Shown: positions 40,201-52,565 of the stretch, piece after piece | Layout of the letters: each line of letters starts with the position of its first letter | How positions within the stretch are numbered: position 1 is the first letter of the stretch | From: Paragordius varius | Taxonomy: Eukaryota; Animalia; Nematomorpha | Assembly (NCBI GenBank): GCA_964247055.1 | Contig: OZ176050.1 | Coordinates: forward strand, 14,632,001 to 14,696,000 | DNA length: 64,000 bases | Direction of reading: 5' to 3' | The notes under the pieces: model-generated | What the model saw: the letters and a program-made list of their open reading frames with translations, nothing else | What the model was told of the DNA's origin: nothing | The model's database searches: none | Program-made: the position numbers and the translations under genes

Positions 40201-41059
40201 ATTTAGATTCTGAATGAAACGTTCAATTATTTGCCACCACATGAACTGCAACAAATATACTATTGGTTCTTTGTCAAAGCCGGACAAGTATTTTATCATT
40301 TAGTTTCTATTGTGTATGATTTTGTATTTTTATCTGCGTTAAATATCGGGCCCAAGTATTTTTATAAACTATATAACAATGATAGGAAATAACAGAATTA
40401 ACATGTGTTTTTGGTTTTGACCCCCTACAAGTGATAATAGAATGTTAAATACACTTTTGTGGTAAATCCATATTAGAAAATAGCAAAATCTCAATTAGTA
40501 TTACCTTTTTACTTTTTAAAGTTTACCCATTGGGATGGTTATATATATCCCAGAATTTAATTTTTAAACAAACTAATTCTAAAGTTATATTGTTCTCAAT
40601 TAGAAAAAAGCTTATTTCTTTAGTTTCTCACTTTTAAAGTCTAAAAAACACATAATTTATTTTAGGGTGAATTATTGTTCAAGTGTGAATTTGAATAAAT
40701 GGTATAAAAAATTAAACCTAGACAAATTTATGCTGTAATGCGAAATGATATAAACTATTAAACTTACAATCAAATCGAATATATATGCAGATCCAATTAA
40801 ACAGGATGCCTTTAATAACTCACAAGGGATTTTATCTAACAAAAATTTTTGGACAGTTATGATTTTAATAAATATTAGTTTTAAATTTTGCAAACTATTT
40901 TTTGATTGTGATTTGATGTGGTTTTGTCTGACGAATATTTCAATTTTTTTAACACTTTACAGTTGAGATGTATTACACATGCCAACAATTATCACAGAAC
41001 ACCAAGCTATATGAATCACTTTAGGTATATTTTCCTACAGCCCATTATTATCTTATTAA
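37232..41059 (+). CDS. Unidentified multi-exon protein-coding gene (partial model)
   Basis: Phase-consistent GT-AG exon chain 38161-38213, 38370-38421, 38500-38561, 38651-38664, 38709-38762, 38872-38898 translates to WLESDVFRKIYRGNQDTVIPISFLDKDYYDKASPRFINMAGIGIEILKEWTFIEQSCSTEIRILRQDRNFQAFKLAVMKLADIVFTR. Further probable exons lie at 37232-37482, 39944-~40130, 40207-40287 (ILNETFNYLPPHELQQIYYWFFVKAGQ) and 40963-41024. The start codon and some joins are unresolved; no family was recognised. Confidence 0.58.
37690..37968. mobile_element. MITE family X (Tc1/mariner-pogo-like, ~280 bp, ~75-bp TIRs)
   Basis: Arms AATTATACGGACAAAA..AAAGACAAATATTTTTT and the reverse complement; right end ..AGTTTTTATTG|TA. 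Confidence 0.8.
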
Positions 41060-41567
41060 TATATTAAATTTAATTGATTATCAATACTAGATATTATTAT
41101 ACTTGTTCTTCGTATCTAAAAATGATTGAAATCATTTTCAATAAAGGGTTGATATTAAAAGAAAATAATATCTACACCTAAAATCAATAAGTTTGCCAAA
41201 ATTTATTAATATAAATTTTAAGTAATAAGATTTTTGTTTCCCGTTTAATTTCTTTCGTTATAAATTAATTTTGAAAATAATTAAAGAATTGGATTGATCA
41301 TATTAGATATATGAAAGAATATTCGGATGCTTTCAATTGTAACGAGTCTCTTTATTATAACTTTGAATTTAATTCAACTAATCACTGTCTCGAATACATA
41401 CGCGTATAACATTAACAATTTAACATTGAGGTGATGGGCTAAATTACTATTCAACACCATTTTTTGATATTTTATACCCCTCGGTTTTTTATGTCAAAAA
41501 TTATTTTCCAAATGATTAATAAATGAAATGATCATATTACTGTTTTAATAACATTTTGCCTGCCTTA

Positions 41568-41754
41568 CAGTATGAGTAAGTAAGTATAGATTGTTAGAAA
41601 GTTATTAATAATTGCCAAATAGGAAATACAACAAAGGGGGTAGTATTATTGGCTAATAATAGTAAAAAATACTAGCCAATAATATTGCCCTTTGTTGTAT
41701 CTACTATTTGGCAATAATTGATAACTTTCTAGCAATATATAATTGCTTATACTG
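41568..41754. mobile_element. Almost fully palindromic TA-flanked MITE between the two convergent genes
   Basis: TA|CAGTATGAG..AATTGCCAAATAG..ATACAACAAAGGG..TATTATTGGCTA / TAGCCAATAATA..CCCTTTGTTGTAT..CTATTTGGCAAT..TATACTG|TA. Confidence 0.8.
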
Positions 41755-42118
41755 TAATTTAAATTAAATAACTTGAATGCACATAAAATTAATTTTCTTT
41801 TAAATATACTCTAATAACTAGCATTGGGTTCATCCACATAATTTTCATATGCAGAGTGCGCTATTGATATTGTATCCATTGAGCTGTAGCTAAAAGGTTC
41901 TAACAATTTTATAATCTTTTAAATATATCATTAAAAAAATAAAAAAATTCAAAACTTGATAACAATTTTTAAAATATTATATGACCTATCTCATGGGATC
42001 ATCCACCATTCAAATGTATATATAATGTAATAATTTTATTACAAGTGTGATATGTATACAAACACACACATATTGATTCATATATTATGCTACTGCACTG
42101 TTTCCAATCATCTTATTA

Positions 42119-45100
42119 TTATAAGACAAATGGAATGATAGCTTTACGCGAAGCGACAGAGAGTAGGCCAAACTTGGCCCGAGCCCAATCTCTTTGCATG
42201 AGGGCAGTACAGATCTGATTCGTTATAACGAATATCAGTGTAAACCACCAAGCCTGACTGTACCTAAAAAATAAAATGGTAGATTTGACAGGCCAATATG
42301 GTGCTTGAGACGCTATAATAATTAGCGAAATAGCTAAATAAATCCCAATCTCACAGGTGTAATGTGGACAACTAACCCATCTAAACAAAAATTTGTGTGG
42401 GGGCATTTCATAAACTTTGGCATTTGTGATACGACCTATAAAACGTTAAAAAATTTACATAAATTCATAGATAACATTATATAAATTAAAACCAGGAGAG
42501 CGGATTATGCTCTGCAAAATTGTCTATAGTGTCTTATAACACAACCATTTATTATACAATATGACTTTTTCATCCTACTCTAAAGGGAATATCATGAAGA
42601 AGTGTGTTTTATTGGGACAGAGTTTTGCATTATCGTTGGAGAACAAAGTAGTCGAAAACAATTACAATAATGTATAAACTATGAGCTCATTTCCAAACTG
42701 ATTTTTAAATAATCACAATCACATATTATAACATTTTATGACTTTTTTCCTCTTTTTCCGTGATGACATATTAGGGTAGTTTAATATCCCAAAATCAAAA
42801 CTTGTAAATAAACACTACTAATTTATTTTAGTTAAAATTTATTTATCAAACATTGTTCTCTTGGAATTATATAAACTTATATTTTATTGAGTTTTGTGAC
42901 TTCTAGAGTTACAAAAATTGGGACAATTCCAAAATACGATTAAAGCGAACAGCGGATATTAAAATCATATATGTAAACTCTAGCTTTTTCAAACTAATTA
43001 TTAACATTTTCTAACCATAATATGCATTTATTTGCCTGTTGCAGTAGCGATTTAAAAAATAATGGATGGTGAAAAAGTCTGAGGTGTGAATTATTTTATA
43101 ATTTTACATTTTTTAAGAAAAGTTTTCTTGTATAATGGGATGAAAGCATATTTTAAAATTCGGCTTTATACCATAAATACCTTTTCATATTCTTCTTGGA
43201 TATAAAACTAAGATCCAAAGGTCATAAAGCGTTAAAGGTATCCAATATTCCAACAATAAATTTTTATAACACAATCACATTTATCATAATGTTATTAGAC
43301 AAAACCAAAAAACCTACCCTGAGAATTGGTTCTAATACCAGCCAATATTTGATGACATTTATATTGTGCCCAATTGCAGGCCAAGAATAAGACAATGCCA
43401 ATAAAGATTACAGGATTTTGCTTGCAAATTAATGGCAAATTTATTATTTGTATTTGAGGTAAGCGCACTATATCACCATGGTTAGTATAACGGGAATCAT
43501 TGAAAAACGGTGCCATAGTTAACAAAGTTAAACCTAAAAAAATTGATTTATACGGACAAAACGTAAAATGATAAAGACAAATATTTTTTTCAAAAGACAA
43601 CCCCATATTTTATTAATCTTATTTTTTTAAATATAAATCATTGTTTAAAATAGCAAAGTGTAAAATTGATTAACATATTGGTAAACCAATCATTTATGTA
43701 TTTGACGAATATATTGGATAATTTTTAAAGGATAAAATTAGGTTTAAAAAAGTATGATCGTCTTTTGAAAAAATTTGTCTTTAATTTTTACGTTTTGTCC
43801 ATATATAGTTTCAATTTTTACTGTAATGCAAAGAAAACATTTAAAAAAATTCAAAAGTATTTTATAAAACATTCCAGGGTGTCAACAACACATTGCCCTG
43901 CGCGTTTTTTGTAGAAAAAAAATAAACATACTATCACAATTCTACCTCATATTTAAATTTAAATGCTAAAATAACCATCATTTATTTAACAAAATTTTCA
44001 ATTAATTATACATTGGTCAAATTTCGTATCACCATTAATTGTTCGATCAAGAATTAAATATACCATTTACAATTCAAATTTACCCTTGAACAATTCAAAT
44101 TCACCTTAAAAATAAATTCTGTATTTCCGGGATAATATAACTCATCATTATTATGAAATATATTTATTATTTTTTCAGCATTATTAAATTAATTTTAAAC
44201 TGAATTTCATATTTTAAAAATATGATAAAATAAAGCTATTTTTTAACCTAAAAAACACATAATTTATTTTAGGGTGAATTATAATTGTTCAAGAGTGTTG
44301 AATTGTTTGAGGGTGAATAAGAATTTTAAATAATATCACAATTTTATCCGTTTTGAATTAGCATCAATTATTAAGAATAAAATAGGCTGTTTTTGACAAT
44401 TATTAATACTAAATTGGTGGTGTAATAAGTAATAATATTGTGTTCTTATATTTTATTAATCTTTTTTTTATTTAAAAATATATTTATAAATGCCCAGGCC
44501 AAGTATTTTATAAAAATTTGTCAAAAATGCTGTCCGTAAATATATAGGAATTGGGTATATCAGCATTATAACATAAATTTTACTCGAAAACGTGTAATTA
44601 CATAAAGATTTAATATAAAAATTACAGAAATGATATCGATTTAAGGGCATATAAATCTATGCACAACTTAAATCGCACCTTATTTCGAAAAGAAAAAAAT
44701 CATATTTAATATTAATTAATTTTTTGCCTCCTAAATCATATGATATGAAAAATTAAAAATAATATATATATATATATATATATAGTAAAAATTGAAATCA
44801 ACATTAAATTTTTTTTTAAACGCAATTATATTTTTTGAATCTTGAATTATAAATATAAATGATTGTTTTAAACTGCAAATAATAAAATAGACATGCAAAT
44901 TGGTAGCACAATCAATTATGTAGTTTACGGTTGTAATTAAATATTTTATATAGCAAAAATTAAGGTTTTCAAAAAGTAGGGTGGTCTTTTGATAAAAATA
45001 TTTGTTTTTATATTTTTACGTTTCGTCTGTATAATTTCAGTTTTTACTGTATTTATAATTTTATAGCTGTTTTATAGTGTGTCCACCCTTTAAAGAGTAA

Positions 45101-45699
45101 AAATAAATATTTTGACATGATTTACAAACCTAAAACAATGTAATAGGTACATCCCAAAATGAGATGCAAAACATTAACTTTGGATTTTGGTGAAAATATG
45201 TGAACATACAGACATTCATACAATCTACGGGCCGTGTGAAATATAAATAATCCACAAATTAGCATGCAAATAGTGCATTGAGTATCTATGAATTAAACAA
45301 GCATTACTTATAAAATCAATATCAAATGTTTGAGAATTTTGAGCCGATAAATGTTTTAGCATCGTTGATAAAGGATTTAGGGCATATTTATTACGTTTAC
45401 AATAGAGTTGAAACATTTTAATTTCGATATAGGTAAACCATAATACTGCAATCAGATAAAATACATAAAACAATCTAGAAAATTATTTATGTTTTAAACT
45501 TTTTGGGGTATACAAACCACTGATAATCTTTGACGGGTCTGCTACCTTGTACAAACCGGGATTTACCATAAAAATATATGTTTGATAAGAACCACTTAAT
45601 AGAGGAAGATTTGGAAAAGCGATTGAAACATTCTAATAACAAAACAATTATGGTAAGACTAATCCAATAAAAATTAATGATTGAAAAACTAAAAAGCAT
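42119..45699 (-). CDS. SRD5A3: Polyprenol reductase (steroid 5-alpha-reductase 3 / DFG10 family)
   Basis: Exons 45500-45699, 45308-45474, 45130-45285, 43318-43533 and 42119-42435 total 1056 nt (351 aa + TAA), all GT-AG and phase-consistent. Family motifs: YGK, YPKKLFYVFY, HTARRLYECLYVHIFS, AQYKCHQILAGIR, VSCPHYTCEIGIY, WWFTLIFVITNQ, RKAIIPFVL*. Confidence 0.93.
43535..43823. mobile_element. MITE family X in SRD5A3 intron 3, abutting the exon-4 acceptor
   Basis: TATACGGACAAAACGTAAAATGATAAAGACAAATA ... TTTACGTTTTGTCC..TTTTTACTG|TA. Confidence 0.8.
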
Positions 45700-48089
45700 G
45701 TTAAGCCATATGCTTAAGTAATAATATGAAATTGAATCTGTTTAAGCACTTCATTGACACTTCATTGTTTGTATGCGGTGACATTTAGGGGTATTTTTCT
45801 TCCCCACAGCTTAAAAAAACAACTTATAAGTTGTTTTGATTAAATCAGTTATTAAATCCCTTTCCCTGTAATTAATAAAACACTTTTTTACAGTTATTAA
45901 TTTTCAGGAACTAACATGGTAAAACGGGATTAACACTTGGATACAACACATTCATTTTAGTCCTTCAATTCAAATTGGGGTTATTAAATACCCCAGGTCT
46001 ATTTCAATTTAAATTTTTTAAAAAATATGGAAGGAATCGAAACGATGGCAAAATTTTGCACTTATATAACATTAAAACACCGAAATATACAAAAAACTTT
46101 ATTCAAGAACACTTGATATTACTTATTTTAAGCTGAAACCGAAAGGTAAAATTTCGTCAACGTGACATGTATGAAATTATAAAATCAAAAATCAATACAA
46201 AATAAACCGTTCTTTCTAATTCTATAGATGTTAGATGTAATTTAAATAGAAAATTAGCTATAATATTACCCTTAAAATTAAATGAAGACGATATTTTGCA
46301 AAAATTTTGTATAATAAAAATGGCGTCGAAGTAGTTTGACATGGAACTTTTTAGACTGTTTCTTTCAGTAGTTTCTTAAAAATATTAATTTAAATTTAGT
46401 CTGGGGTATACCCCAATATGAATCGAAGTGTTAAAATAAATAGCCTAAGAATTAATAAATAAAAAAATGTTGGTGTTTGTTTTTAATTAGCAAGTTTTTC
46501 AAATTTAGTTAAGCCATATTATTATACATTTATTTGGCTGTTGCTTTTAAGTAACAGTAAATTTTTCAATTTTTTGCGCCTTAAGAGCTAAAAAATCATG
46601 TTTTTGAATTTGACCCAATGCTAAAAATATTTTTTAAGATATTTAAATTTTAATTCGCCCTGTATAAATACACGAAGTGTACACGTGTATGATAATTTTT
46701 GAGGGAAACGATAAAGATTAAGTATATATTAATTTAAATTTTTGAGTATCATTTAATAACACCGCGCGTAAATTAAGTATAAAAAATATCCTGATAATAT
46801 ATTATGCAGAATAAAATTAGAATCTTATGGTGCTTTTAGTTTATTACACTTTTCTATAAATCAAAAAGAATTTGCACACATTATGTGAAACAAAAATTTT
46901 ATGGTGAAGTCCTTCTTTCCAAAATTTTTGTAGCAAATATTTTGATAGTCTTTAGTTGTTTGCCAAAACTCTTGCGCTAAAAATTTATAAAATAGACTGC
47001 GTTTTGAATCAGGTAAAAAAGCTAATGAAATATATATATTCTGAAAGGAATATGTATCAGTATCATAGTGCTTTTGATTTTTGAAACTTTTTTCAATTTT
47101 TTAAGTAGCTCCATATCATAAAATGGCAAAATTTGTGAACATTTTTTTAATAATGCTTCAGTCCAAAAAATAATTAATAAATATCATAAACTACTTATAA
47201 AAAGCAAAACATTTTTTTAAATCAGGGCTCCAAAAGTCCCAAGAGCGAAAATCTTTCCATATATGGACTTTCCACAAAAGAAATAACTTACTCAAATGAC
47301 TCATAACAGCCAAAAGAAAATCATAATGATAATTTTGATACATTTTCCAAACATATTATATATAAATCTATATCATCTGGTTTTGTTGTGGACGCTGTTT
47401 ATATGGATTATGACATAAAAAATCTTTTTCAAGAAATGCCTAATGGATTATGACATAAAAAATCTTTTTCAAGAAATGGCTATTTTGGTAAAAAACCTAA
47501 TCTTTAGCAAATTATGCATTTGTATTTCGGGGCATGATAAATATATGATAACTCAGATTGAAAAACTCTTTGCCTATAAATACTTCAATGACGCTAATTT
47601 TGATCAGCGAAAATTTTGGATAAATATGAGCTTGAATTGTATTTTATTTTGTGGAAATACATTTTTAAAAAAATTTGCTAATAAACAATAATCAAAATTC
47701 CATCGTTATACATAAGTGTCTTTAAATAACCCTTAACAGTGTTACCATTTTATGCTGCAAAATGTCGTAAAATATGCTCCTCATAATAACTCAAATGATT
47801 TTTTATAGCATATTTTAAAATTCCTATCGCAGATTCTCGATATTTTTGCGTTAATTTTAAAATAGTTGATTTTGGAAGAGGCCAAAATTAGTGACATTTG
47901 TACTTACCATCAATAGATATAAATTTTATTAAAAAGTCCATTTTTAAATATAATTGATATGTAATAATGATAATTTTTGGAAAAGGAATTAAGACCAAAT
48001 TTTATTTAGCATTAGTATTTCCGAAGTTTTTATCGATTAGCAACAATATTTTTTTGCGTTGGGTTTAAAACCCGTAATATAATGATAAT

Positions 48090-48210
48090 CGAAATTTAAA
48101 TAGAAAATTAATTGAAAGATATTATATAAACAGAAATTACAAACGATATGTGAAAACATTCGTCAATAGTAATCGCGGACTAGTTTCGTGCTTGTAAGCC
48201 CTCATGTAGC
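48090..48210 (-). mobile_element. Degenerate third copy of the hammerhead-bearing repeat
   Basis: AAACGATATGTGAAAACATTCGTCAATAGTAATCGCGGACTAGTTTCGTGCTTG matches the 53.3-kb arm, but the catalytic CUGAUGA is lost. Confidence 0.75.
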
Positions 48211-49438
48211 AAAATTTATATGAACCGTATAATGTTATTTAAGCGTTGAAAATGGTAAGGAAACAGTTCAAGATATTAAAACTACTTTCTTATCTCGGAT
48301 GCCGACTATGACCTCAGATTTTCTATTTTAAATTTTGATTTGTCTTGTATAATTTTTGTACAAAACAAAGCTTATATAAATATATTGAAGATGAACAATT
48401 TGTTCATATCTGCGGAGATAGTAGAAATATTCATTATTGAATTATATTATATTAATATTTTAGGTGATATTATTGTTTCCACCATGTTTTATAATACCAT
48501 AAAATTACATTGAAATTATGCTTCAAATTACATTTCTATTCAAATATCATTTTCGGAAAAAAATACTGTTTTTGACATCGAAATTTAACATATTTTTATA
48601 TGTATATTTGCGTTTATTTAAATAATCCTGTCAGCCCGCATAAATAATTTAAAATTATCTAATATGGGACTGTTTTATACATTTACTATGTTTATTTTAA
48701 ATAAAGCATTTGGCTTTTTCTAAAAAAGTGTTTAGCAAATGAAATTTACATTATTATGGAGCAGATATTATAACTTTCTTAATTATTCGTGATTTAAAAC
48801 CTAATTAAATTCATGATGCATCAATCTACAAAATAATATTTTTATATCAAGTATATGTGCATACCGTGCAATATAGTAAAAGTTTTGAAATTCGGCATTT
48901 TTTCGTTAGTTTGTTAACAAGCCTAGTGGATGTTCTAATTTTTGTTTTGGTTAGTTATAATATGATTTAATTTCAAATATTTTTCGGAAAAAAACTTATT
49001 TTAAGAAAAAGGCATTTGGTAAAAAATAACAATAGCAAAAACAATTTTTTATTTAATTTTATTAAAAGTTTAACTTTAATTACTCGGAAAAGCACCATGT
49101 GTGATACATTTTTAACATTTAAAATAGATATACATCAGGATACTTTTGTGGGACTGTGCAATGGCGAATTATTACAAAATTTAATTTTCTTAAATGACTC
49201 ATGTAAGATTAGAAACTAAAAGTAGAATCTTGATTTTAATCCAGCAAACTTATATTAAGCCACTCAACGTGATATTTTACGTCTCGTTATAATAAACCCG
49301 TTAATAATTTATTCGATTTAGGTATTTATGGTTTTCCCTCAAAATTTGACGGCGTAGATCAAAATCTTTGCATTAAATTATGTTATGATGTTTAATACAT
49401 CCTTGACACCTAAAAATACTTGTAAACCACTAGCTGTA

Positions 49439-51170
49439 ATATACCATTTCCCAGTCTAAATAAACGTTTTCCCAGTCAATCGAAACATTTTCCCAATCAA
49501 TCGAAACATTTTCCCAATCAATCGAAGTTTTCCCAGTCAATCGAAACATTTTCCCAGTCAATAAAAACATTTTCCCAATCAATAAAAACGTTTTCCCAGT
49601 CAATAAAAACGGTTTTATTTTTGATGATAAAATATCAAAACAAGAATATAAACACAACTTTTAACCATTATTAGCGTAATATATGGAGAAAATTTTTAAT
49701 TAAAAACACAAATATTGAAAGACAATTTTCCAAGTATATTCCAGTGCACAATCATCAATGACTTATTCTTTAAAGGTTATATTTTTGCATTTGAGATGTT
49801 TTAGAGATAATATTTTTTATTTTATCGATGGTTCGCAGTAATATTTGCAGAACGCTTTACAACTGTTTTTAAATATGTTAAGTTTATCGTTAAAAATACT
49901 GTCGGAAAAAACATCTAAACAAAAAATATTTTTTTGATAAATGTTTTTGATTTAAAAATATTTAATAAAATAGGATATTTGATCAAGGGTGTCCAACTAA
50001 ATGCTTCTCGGGCTGCTTTAACTCAAATACACCGTTCAGCATTCGAAAATACGGGAATTCACATAATTTTTCGATTTGACATATTAATATACAATCTATA
50101 ATAATTTTTTTGATTCGCTACCAATTTAGTAGGCTCAATCAGAATAATTGCGTAAGAATTATGAATATTGCTAAGATTTTCGAGCCATATTTTTGCATAT
50201 AAATTTCTTAATTTTTCGCGGGCCGCATAAAGATACTCGGAAGGCCTCCTTAGGCCCCCGATGAACCAAATGATAAATATTATATTAGGGTAAAATTTAT
50301 GTTTAAAATCCAATTTGAAGTGTTAAATGATCTTTGAGAGAAAAATGGTATATTTTTATAAATTTTATTATTTCATTCGTAAATATAGATTTTATATGTT
50401 AGCCGCACATATTAGCGAACCATCGATTAAATAAAAAATATTATCTTAAAAACATATCAAATTCCAAAAATATAACCTTTAAAGAATAAGTCATTAATGA
50501 TTGTGCACTGGAATAAACTTGGAAAATTTGACCTTCAATAATTAAGTTTATATTAAAATAATATCCAATATTACGCTGATAATGATTAAAAGTTATTTTT
50601 ATATTCCTGTTTTGATATTTTATCATCAAAAATAAAACCGTTTTTATTGACTGGGAAAACGTTTTTATTGATTGGAAAAATGTTTTTATTGACTGGGAAA
50701 ATGTTTCTATTGTCTGGGAAAACGTTTCGATTGATTGGGAAAATGTTTCGATTGACTGGGAAAACGTTTATTTAGACTGGGAAATGGTATATTAATGCGA
50801 ACTATCGATAAAATAAAAAATATTATCTTAACTCAAATTCCAAAAATATAACATTTAAAGAATAAGTCATTAATGATTGTGCACTGGAATATACTTGGAA
50901 AATTGTCTTTCAATATTTGTGTTTTTAATTAAAAATTTTCTCCATATATTACGCTAATAATGGTTAAAAGTTGTTTTTATATTCTTGTTTTGATATTTAT
51001 CATCAAAAATAAAACCGTTTTTATTGACTGGGAAAACGTTTTTATTGACTGGGAAAATGTTTCGATTGACTGGGAAAATGTTTCGATTGACTGGGAAAAC
51101 GTTTCGATTGATTGGGAAAATGTTTCGATTCACTGGGAAAACGTTTATTTAGACTGGGAAATGGTATATA
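49439..51170. mobile_element. Foldback-type non-autonomous element (family Z) with ~400-bp TIRs and a duplicated right arm
   Basis: Left arm ~49439-49850 is inverted relative to right arms ~50395-50792 and ~50793-51170. Arms carry tandem 21-bp ATTGACTGGGAAAACGTTTCG units and end in GGGAAATGGTATAT. No transposase ORF. Confidence 0.85.
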
Positions 51171-52286
51171 TAACTCATATTAAGTGAGATTACCAAAGTA
51201 ATTTTCGGCCGAAAGAGTCATGTTTTCTATACAAAGTAGACATTTTTAATCACACTTATATTTATTTTAACTTTTTATATGTATATTAGTTTTACGAAAA
51301 TATTTTGAAGTTTTTATTGAACCTTTATCGTGCATTGATTTTGGGCGATGGCAAAGTTTTTTATTTAGCCCACTCTTATAGTTTTGGATCGTAGAGCGGT
51401 CACAAAATTTTTTATCTAACTCATGATTTTTTTAGTTAGAGAACAGTAATTTAATTTTCTATATAATAAACATATTTATTGGTGCATTTTACAAATAATT
51501 TCTGATTAAATAATGTATAAGTGAAATCATATGAATTTATATGATATACCAACAAATGAAATTTGTATTATACCAAAGAAGGTAGACATTCAAGCCATTA
51601 GTTCCTTTTTATTTTTATTTTTCGGGTATGCCAAGGATTCATAATAGGACATAATTACACATTGTCCATATGTCTGAAATAGGAGAGATAAGATTTGAGT
51701 ATAATTATAGATGAATAAAAAATCTTGTGTAAAAATGTTCAAAATTTAAGGTTCAGATATCAGATACAATCACCAACGCATCTATATCAGTTCCTATCTT
51801 AATTGTTAGGTTTCCAAATTTTTCTATCACTAAATATGTGTAGGTTTGACGAATGTATTTTAATTAAAAACTAAAAACGAAAGCCATAACCCATAATATA
51901 CTGTATTTTATTATCTTTAGTTAAATTATACGTTAATTTGAATGCTTAAATTAAATGTTTAAGGTCTGTGAAGGAAGCATTTTATTATTATAAAAATAAT
52001 TAAGCATAGATCAGTATTGAATATAAATTTACTACCTCCCCGACCCCAAAAAAGGGAAAAAATAAAATTTAGACCAGAATAATTGTAAACGTCCCCACAA
52101 TGCAGTTACAGTCAAGACAGGATACCCAAAAATTATATATATCATTTAGTGAATTAAATGAATATATTAAAAAATTTACCAATATTATGATTACAACGAT
52201 ATTGGTAATTCCTGTTCCCAAAAGATTGTTTTGTCCATTCTACACACAGTAAAAAATTAACACACATATATATATTTATATATTTA

Positions 52287-52565
52287 CAGTAAAAATTGTT
52301 ATACGGACAAAACGTTAAAATATAAAGACAAATATTTTTTTCTAAAAGACAACCATACTTTTATAAACCTTAATAATTCCTATATAAGCTATTTATTTAC
52401 AATTGTATATAGAAATGATTGTGTTAGTAATTTATAATCTATTCTCTTTGCCATCTTAAAAAATGAGTTAGTGGAAATAAATCAAGATTAAAAAAGTATG
52501 GTCGTATTTAAAAAAAAATTTTTTTATTTTTTTACGTTTTGTCCATATAATATCAGTTTTTACTG
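52287..52565. mobile_element. MITE family X, complete copy with TA duplications
   Basis: TA|CAGTAAAAATTG...CAGTTTTTACTG|TA. Other copies or fragments lie at ~44960-45052, 52971-53190, 54048-54313, 54763-55031, 55041-55100 and 56385-56423. Confidence 0.85.

Noticed and set aside
43534-43606. N-terminal part (MGLSFEKNICLY..) of ORF 43295-43606, and ORF 37561-37749
   Set aside because: Both overlap MITE family X sequence; the true SRD5A3 exon starts at 43533.
45225-45307. C-terminal part of ORF 45225-45473 (SNACLIHRYSMHYLH..) as SRD5A3 protein
   Set aside because: It is read-through of the 22-nt intron into the wrong frame; the conserved RRLYEC motif is in the shifted frame.
42119-45699. Host-wide UGA=Trp recoding, suggested by the 35.3-35.9 kb island
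   Set aside because: All Trp codons in the SRD5A3 model are TGG and no in-frame TGA is needed, so any recoding would be specific to the island.
47403-47691. ORF 47443-47691 and other isolated 60-85 aa ORFs in 46-58 kb
   Set aside because: They show no recognisable motifs and have AT-biased composition; the 47443 start arises from a local 40-bp tandem duplication.
48173-48210. Third hammerhead copy as an active ribozyme
   Set aside because: The core reads CUACAUGA and stem II is mismatched.
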